In this document: positions 26,693 through 32,000 of the stretch, piece by piece | Position numbering within the stretch: position 1 is the first letter of the stretch | Layout: each line of letters opens with the position of its first letter | Origin: Nostoc sp. PCC 7120 = FACHB-418 | GTDB lineage: Bacteria > Cyanobacteriota > Cyanobacteriia > Cyanobacteriales > Nostocaceae | Length of the DNA: 32,000 nt | Assembly (NCBI RefSeq): GCF_000009705.1 | Contig: NC_003272.1 | Location: forward strand, 6,330,001 to 6,362,000 | Direction: 5' to 3' | Position numbers and translations under genes: made by a program | Notes under the pieces: generated by a model | Databases searched by the model: none | The model's input: the letters and a program-made list of their open reading frames with translations, nothing else | What the model was told of the DNA's origin: nothing

Positions 26693-28624
26693 GTGTCTTC
26701 ATCAGAAAATATTGAACAGGAACAACTACTAATTCAGCCTTCACCTAATTTTGAGTTTTGGAGAAAAGTAGGTTTAGTTACAGGTGGTACTCTCTTATCA
26801 ATTAATATGTTGGCAATTTCTATTGTGACAGGAGGGTTAGTTGGCTTATTTATTAGTTTCTATAATTTGCCACAGCTTAGACAAATACGCAATTTTGTAC
26901 CAGCAGAAACAACATATATATACGACATCAAAGGTAAGCTTTTGGTAGGGTTGCATGGAGAGGCTAATAGAAAATTTGTGTCCTTAGATCAAATTTCTCC
27001 ACATCTAAAAAGAGCAGTCTTAGCTATTGAAGATAGTTATTTTTACAATCATCACGGTATCGACCCCGGAGGTATAGGACGTGCTGCGTTAGTTAATTGG
27101 GCATCAGGTACTGTGAAAGAGGGTGGTTCTACCATCACTATGCAGTTGGTAAAAAATCTGTTTTTATCTCGCGATCGCGCTTTAAGCCGCAAAATAGCAG
27201 AGGCTGTATTAGCAATTCGCCTAGAGCGTATTCTCAATAAAGATCAAATTTTAGAACTGTATCTTAATCAAGTTTACTGGGGTCATAATAACTATGGTGT
27301 GCAAACAGCAGCCCAGTCTTACTTCAATAAATCAGCACAAGATTTAACTTTGGCTGAGTCAGCTTTGATGGCTGGCCTTATCCAAGCTCCAGAAAAATTT
27401 AGTCCTTTTGTGGACATGAATTTAGCTAGACAAAAGCAAAGGCAAGTCTTGAGAAGGATGCGGGAATTAAAATGGATTACGAAACAAGAATATGATGATG
27501 CTCTTCGACAACAGATTCAATTAGGCAAAATTAAATCTTTTAAAGCTAGTGTTTTTCCTTATGTCACTAATGCCGTATCACAGGAATTAATTGAAAAATT
27601 TGGGCGTGATGCTGTACTCAAAGGTGGAATGCGGGTGCAAACAACAGTATCTAGTGATTTACAAATAATTGCAGAAGAAACTGTAAAAAAATGGCACAAA
27701 ACTCTTAAAGAACGAGGGTTAAAAAACAATCAAATTGCTTTAGTAGCAATAGACCCACGTACTCAATTTGTCAAAACCTTAGTAGGTGGTGTTGATTCGC
27801 AAAAGAGCGAATTTAACCGTGCAACTCAAGCCCAGCGTCAACCTGGGTCTGCTTTTAAGTCGTTCGTCTACTATACTGCTTTTGCCAGTGGCAAGTTTAC
27901 GCCCGATACAAAGGTACTAGATTCTCCAGTCAGCTATCCTGACGGGGATAAAACTTACTCTCCACGCAACTACGATAATACCTTTAAGGGTGCAATGCCA
28001 ATTCGTACTGCTTTAGCACTTTCTCGCAACGTCCCTACGGTGAAGCTTGGTAAATCTGTAGGAATGAATAATGTGATCAAAACTTGCCGTACCTTGGGAA
28101 TTACTAGTCAAATGGAACCTGTAAGTTCTTTACCATTAGGCGCGATTGGTGTTACGCCACTAGAGATGGCTAGTGCCTATGCAACTTTTGCTAATTATGG
28201 TTGGTACTCTTCTCCAACACTCATTACCCGTGTGACTAATAGTAGTGGTGATTTATTATTAGATAATACCCCTAAGCCTCGTCAGGTTCTTGACCCTTGG
28301 GCATCGGCCGCCATTTTAGATGTGTTGCAATCAGCAGTGAAGGAGGGAACCGGTAGAGGTGCGGCTTTAAACCGTCCAGTTGCTGGCAAAACTGGTACAA
28401 CCTCTTCAGAAAGAGATATCTGGTTCATAGGTACAGTACCACAGTTAACAACAGCCATTTGGGTAGGTAGAGATGATAACGGACAATTAGCTAGGGGTGC
28501 AACAGGCGGAGGTATGGTTGCTCCCATTTGGCGTGATTTTATGCAGAAGGCGCTTCACGATGTACCAGTCGAGAAATTCAAGCCACCTTCTAATTTTCCT
28601 CGCCCTCAGCCAAAGAAGAAATAA
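26693..28624 (+). CDS. Class A penicillin-binding protein (GT51 transglycosylase + transpeptidase), paralogue 2
   Basis: 643-aa ORF with a GTG start. An in-frame TAA lies at 26675-26677 and no ATG intervenes. GT51 motifs: EDSYFYNHHGID, GGSTITMQLVKN, RKIAEAVLA. Transpeptidase motifs: SAFKS, SRN, KTGTT. It is colinear with paralogue 1 without visible indels. Confidence 0.9.
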   Translation: MSSSENIEQEQLLIQPSPNFEFWRKVGLVTGGTLLSINMLAISIVTGGLVGLFISFYNLPQLRQIRNFVPAETTYIYDIKGKLLVGLHGEANRKFVSLDQISPHLKRAVLAIEDSYFYNHHGIDPGGIGRAALVNWASGTVKEGGSTITMQLVKNLFLSRDRALSRKIAEAVLAIRLERILNKDQILELYLNQVYWGHNNYGVQTAAQSYFNKSAQDLTLAESALMAGLIQAPEKFSPFVDMNLARQKQRQVLRRMRELKWITKQEYDDALRQQIQLGKIKSFKASVFPYVTNAVSQELIEKFGRDAVLKGGMRVQTTVSSDLQIIAEETVKKWHKTLKERGLKNNQIALVAIDPRTQFVKTLVGGVDSQKSEFNRATQAQRQPGSAFKSFVYYTAFASGKFTPDTKVLDSPVSYPDGDKTYSPRNYDNTFKGAMPIRTALALSRNVPTVKLGKSVGMNNVIKTCRTLGITSQMEPVSSLPLGAIGVTPLEMASAYATFANYGWYSSPTLITRVTNSSGDLLLDNTPKPRQVLDPWASAAILDVLQSAVKEGTGRGAALNRPVAGKTGTTSSERDIWFIGTVPQLTTAIWVGRDDNGQLARGATGGGMVAPIWRDFMQKALHDVPVEKFKPPSNFPRPQPKKK

Positions 28625-28745
28625 GCATTTGGATGATGTTATGGCTAATTGAAAAACAACTATTTCTTGTCAGGCATAATTTGAAACCGATCGCCTACTC
28701 AATGACTAAATTGCTGAGAATTTACCAGACATTTTACTCAGACTG

Positions 28746-30425
28746 TTAACAATGGTGATTATGTTGAATGGTATTTACTCCTCTGCTTTCTTCTGTAATG
28801 GGCAATTTGACCGTAAATGTGGCTCCTTGTCCTATTCCCTGGCTTTGGGCTTGGATTGTACCACCATGCAGTTCTACCAGATGACGTGCGATCGCTAGTC
28901 CTAAACCTAGTCCTTTATTTGACCGAGTATGGCTACTATCTGCTTGACGAAAGCGTTCAAATATATGAGGTAGAAAATCAGCACTAATACCCTGACCCGT
29001 ATCAATTACTTGAATTTGAGCATAGTGAGGAATCGGGCATGAAACATTAGTTTCGTCCCCCCTGTTTCCCAATCCCCAGTCACCAGTCCCCAATTCCTTT
29101 GACAAACACACCTCAATGCGTCCGCCGTTGGGTGTAAATTTGATCGCATTGGTGAGTAGATTTAACACAACCTGTAGCAAGCGGTCTGAGTCACCCCAAA
29201 TTTTGTCTATGGAAGTATCAGGTCTAGATTTAATTTGAATACCCTTATTATCTGCGAGTGATTGTACAACTTCTATAGCATCTGTAATTACTTCTACTAA
29301 ATCAACCAAATCAATGGAGAGCGAAAGTTCTCCCCTAACAATACGTGAAATATCAAGCAAGTCTTCAATCAGTTGCATTTGCAAATTAGCGTTGCGCTCA
29401 ATTGTCTCAAGAGCAAGACTGGCTCTCGCTTCATCTAGCGCACCCGTTTGCAGCATTCCAGCCCAACCGATAATTGCGGTCATGGGGGTGCGTAGTTCAT
29501 GGGACACTATGGCTAAAAAGTCGTCTTTGGAACGGTTTGCGGCTTCTGCTTCAGCGCGTGCGGCTTGTTCTCGCAGTAGTAATTGCTCTTTTTCTTCTTC
29601 AGCTTGTTTGCGTTCAGTAATATCTTGCATAATTTTAGAGAAGCCGCGCAGATTGCCATTTTCATCTCGTAAAGGTGTGATCAGACAATGCGCCCAGAAA
29701 AATGTGCCATCTTTACGAATGTGCCAGCGATTCTCCCTAGAAAAACCTTCTGTTAAGGCTTGCTTTAATACTTGTTGTGGTTGTCCACGCTCAATAGCTT
29801 CGGGCGCAAAAATTAGCTCAAAAGGTTGACCAATAATCTCTGCTTCTTGATAACCTAAAATACGTTCTGCGCCAATATTCCAAGTAGTAAAGTTAGCGTT
29901 GGAATCGAGCATGAAAATTGCGTAATTAGTGACTCCTTCTACTAGCAGCCGATAACGTTCCTCACTTCGACGTAGATTATACTGGCTTTGAAGTAGACGC
30001 TCATAATTTTGTTGGGCTACTCGTGCATTCATCTGAGCTTGCGATCGCGCCTGGCGCAGTGCAGAATTAAGTGAGCTAATCAATAATCCGACTAACACAA
30101 ACTGAAGCAACCCCACTACACTAAATCCACTGACAGCCAGAGAATAAAAAGGGTGTAAGAGAAAGTAGGAGCAGACTACAGCAGACAAAAAAGTTGCCAA
30201 CAATCCTGAGTTGAAGCCTCCATACCAGGAACTCACCATGACAGCAGCTAAAAACGGTGGGTAAATGGAATTGAGCCTCTGGATCTGCCACAGAAGTAAT
30301 GTCAGTATAAGAGCCAGCAAAACGCTGAAGAAAGCAATACTATGGCTTTGTGGTTGCGATGACCTCTGGTCAGTCAAAGACCTTCGCCAAAGATTGGGAA
30401 AAGCCCATCGCGTCAATTTCCGCAT
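28746..30425 (-). CDS. Membrane-anchored (DUF4118-like) PAS sensor histidine kinase
   Basis: 559-aa ORF. The N-terminal 3-4 TM region resembles DUF4118 ([26 protein letters not shown]...). A coiled coil follows, then a PAS domain ([17 protein letters not shown]...[14 protein letters not shown]...[13 protein letters not shown]). H-box: [16 protein letters not shown]-box: [15 protein letters not shown]-boxes: DTGQGIS and GLGLGLAI. Confidence 0.9.
   Translation of the reverse strand: MRKLTRWAFPNLWRRSLTDQRSSQPQSHSIAFFSVLLALILTLLLWQIQRLNSIYPPFLAAVMVSSWYGGFNSGLLATFLSAVVCSYFLLHPFYSLAVSGFSVVGLLQFVLVGLLISSLNSALRQARSQAQMNARVAQQNYERLLQSQYNLRRSEERYRLLVEGVTNYAIFMLDSNANFTTWNIGAERILGYQEAEIIGQPFELIFAPEAIERGQPQQVLKQALTEGFSRENRWHIRKDGTFFWAHCLITPLRDENGNLRGFSKIMQDITERKQAEEEKEQLLLREQAARAEAEAANRSKDDFLAIVSHELRTPMTAIIGWAGMLQTGALDEARASLALETIERNANLQMQLIEDLLDISRIVRGELSLSIDLVDLVEVITDAIEVVQSLADNKGIQIKSRPDTSIDKIWGDSDRLLQVVLNLLTNAIKFTPNGGRIEVCLSKELGTGDWGLGNRGDETNVSCPIPHYAQIQVIDTGQGISADFLPHIFERFRQADSSHTRSNKGLGLGLAIARHLVELHGGTIQAQSQGIGQGATFTVKLPITEESRGVNTIQHNHHC
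29067..29094. repeat. STRR1-like heptamer run (TCCCAAT CCCCAGT CACCAGT CCCCAAT) inside the kinase coding sequence
   Basis: Four consecutive heptamers related to CCCCAGT. On the coding (minus) strand they are read in frame as part of [15 protein letters not shown], between the N-box and the G1 box of the HATPase domain. Confidence 0.8.
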
Positions 30426-30589
30426 TTTAGATTACTTCGGTAATGCCATTGGTTTATTCAAGTTCTGCACAAGTTTTCCACTTTCAACTTTTATCTTAAA
30501 AAATTAATCTTCTCTTCAGAGTATGGTGATTTTCAATATTTCCCCTCACTTCACAATCATAATTCCGATGAGCGAGGAAAATAACCACG

Positions 30590-30961
30590 ATGAATAGTAA
30601 ACAAATTTTAGTTATTGATGACGAAGATGACATCCGCCAATTGATTCAGACTTGTCTAGAAATCATGGGGGGTTGGAATGTGTTGACTGCTACTTCAGGT
30701 CATCAAGGATTACTTTTAGCTGAGTCATCTCAACCTGATGCCATCCTTTTAGATATCATGATGCCTGATATGGATGGTTTGACAACTCTTCAAAAACTCC
30801 AGGCTAATCAAATCACTAAACATATACCTGTGATTTTACTAACGGCCAGAGGACGCACATCTGACCAGCGTTTATTTACCCAACTGGGAGCTAGAGGCAT
30901 AATCAGTAAACCATTTAACCCTCAAAAACTTGCTGCTCAAGTAGCAGCAGCCTTGAAATAA
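30590..30961 (+). CDS. Single-domain CheY-like response regulator
   Basis: 123-aa ORF. REC motifs: ILVIDDEDD, AILLDIMMPDMDG, LLTARG, SKPF. GAGGA lies about 10 nt upstream. It is divergently arranged with the PAS kinase (164-nt spacer). Confidence 0.9.
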   Translation: MNSKQILVIDDEDDIRQLIQTCLEIMGGWNVLTATSGHQGLLLAESSQPDAILLDIMMPDMDGLTTLQKLQANQITKHIPVILLTARGRTSDQRLFTQLGARGIISKPFNPQKLAAQVAAALK

Positions 30962-31389
30962 AGTAAATGAATAAATCAGCAAGACTGTTTTAAGTTCAGT
31001 TATCATGGGCTTCAATTATTAATATTCCTGCCTAGATATAATGGCATATTTGATGGAAAACTAGTATATCTATAGTCTTAGTAAGCTCACTCTTAAGTAT
31101 TAATTTATTCGGAAAATATATATTTTCCACTAGTTTTCCACCTTTATCTTTTAGTTTATTAGTGAATATTGGTCAAATTTAAGTTTTAAGATATATTTAT
31201 ATTTAACAATGTTAAGACTTAACATCAAATCACAGTTGGTATTTATGTCGCAATTCTATTTAATATGCTTATAATTACATGAATTAAATTTAGGTAAACA
31301 TAAGCATTTTTAGTTTTTTTTGTCACTAGATATAACTGTTCTTATTTTAAATAAAGAAGTAACCAAATGAAATTGTCAAGGAGGTATTT

Positions 31390-32000
31390 ATGTACAATCT
31401 CAATCATTCTGGTTTGAAAAAAATGGGATTAACAGGAACAGCCTTTGGAAGTTTACTAATTGGCTTGTCTACAATTTCTCAATCAGCAGTAGCACAACCA
31501 CAAATGCCCACAGTTAATCCTTGTCCCAGTATTTTTTACGAAGAACCACATCGTAATCGAGTTATGGTTCCACCCGGATGTCCGCCGAATGCTGCAACTT
31601 TAAGATTACAACAGCAAGGGCAAACATTAGGTCAACCAACTATATTGGTGGTTCCTCGGCGTACAGGTGTACGACCCATACAGCCACCTGTCCCTGAAAG
31701 TCGGCAAAGTGCGATTGCCACTATTACACCAACAGCAGGTACTGTCGATGTAAAGCTAAAAAATAACACTAATGCTGGTATTTCTTATCAAGCAATTGGT
31801 CATACACAGCCTCGCTATATTACAGGTGGACAAGAGTTTATTCTGAGAAATTTACCAACGCCTGTCACTATTACTTTGGTACGTGAAGATGGTGGACTGC
31901 TAAAAGTAATGCCGATGTCTACCTCCCAAGGGGTGCTTTCAGTCTCGTTAGATGAAACAACCAATTTCGATAATAATCAAGGTGTCTTGAGAATTCAAAG
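31390..32000 (+). CDS. Secreted hypothetical protein, 5' partial (runs off the window end)
   Basis: I translated this myself; it is absent from the ORF track because no stop lies in the window. AAGGAGG at 31378-31384 is followed by ATG at 31390. The frame stays open for 203 codons to the window edge. A signal-peptide-like segment is present (MGLTGTAFGSLLIGLSTISQSAVAQ). It has a Pro-rich linker and then a beta-rich region. No family was recognised. Confidence 0.65.
   Translation, partial: MYNLNHSGLKKMGLTGTAFGSLLIGLSTISQSAVAQPQMPTVNPCPSIFYEEPHRNRVMVPPGCPPNAATLRLQQQGQTLGQPTILVVPRRTGVRPIQPPVPESRQSAIATITPTAGTVDVKLKNNTNAGISYQAIGHTQPRYITGGQEFILRNLPTPVTITLVREDGGLLKVMPMSTSQGVLSVSLDETTNFDNNQGVLRIQ

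Noticed and set aside
29314-29829. A 171-aa plus-strand ORF inside the PAS kinase gene.
   Set aside because: It is antisense to a kinase ORF with all catalytic boxes. Its translation is Ser/Cys/Arg-rich and low in complexity, as expected for a shadow frame.

Overview
This 32 kb window looks like chromosomal DNA from a filamentous, Nostocales-type cyanobacterium. HIP1 octamers (GCGATCGC) are scattered throughout, for example at 498-505 and 1672-1679. STRR-like heptamer repeats and nested palindromic mini-repeats fill the intergenic DNA. I support 20 protein-coding genes and found no rRNA, tRNA or CRISPR array.

Gene layout, left to right:
- **66-8020 (-):** a co-directional four-gene block. 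It encodes a signal-peptide TPR-CHAT (caspase-like) protein, a secreted DUF928 protein with a 22-aa tandem repeat array, a CHASE2 hybrid histidine kinase, and a translationally coupled REC-histidine kinase.
- **8021-9585:** a gene-poor 1.5 kb spacer carrying dispersed repeats.
- **9586-11814 (+):** an orphan psaB paralogue with no psaA upstream (psaB2-like).
- **12287-14277 (-):** a PRC-barrel/DUF2382 (AvaK/YsnF-like) protein and an SLH-domain protein.
- **14969-19146 (+):** a co-directional cluster of four membrane proteins. These are a DUF389 protein, a KvAP-like 6TM channel with a non-canonical filter, a DUF2254 protein and a 5-TM unknown.
- **19223-21701 (-):** an AI-2E family transporter and a CPA1 Na+/H+ antiporter.
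- **21778-23610 (-):** a five-domain response regulator (REC-wHTH-HPt-REC-REC).
- **24143-28624 (+):** two tandem, colinear 643-aa class A penicillin-binding protein paralogues.
- **28746-30961:** a divergent PAS histidine kinase and CheY-like pair.
- **31390-32000 (+):** the 5' part of a secreted protein of unknown function.

The best candidate for an undescribed system is the extracytoplasmic CHAT / DUF928-repeat / CHASE2 phosphorelay module at 66-8020. All family assignments come from motif recognition by eye. No searches or alignments were run.
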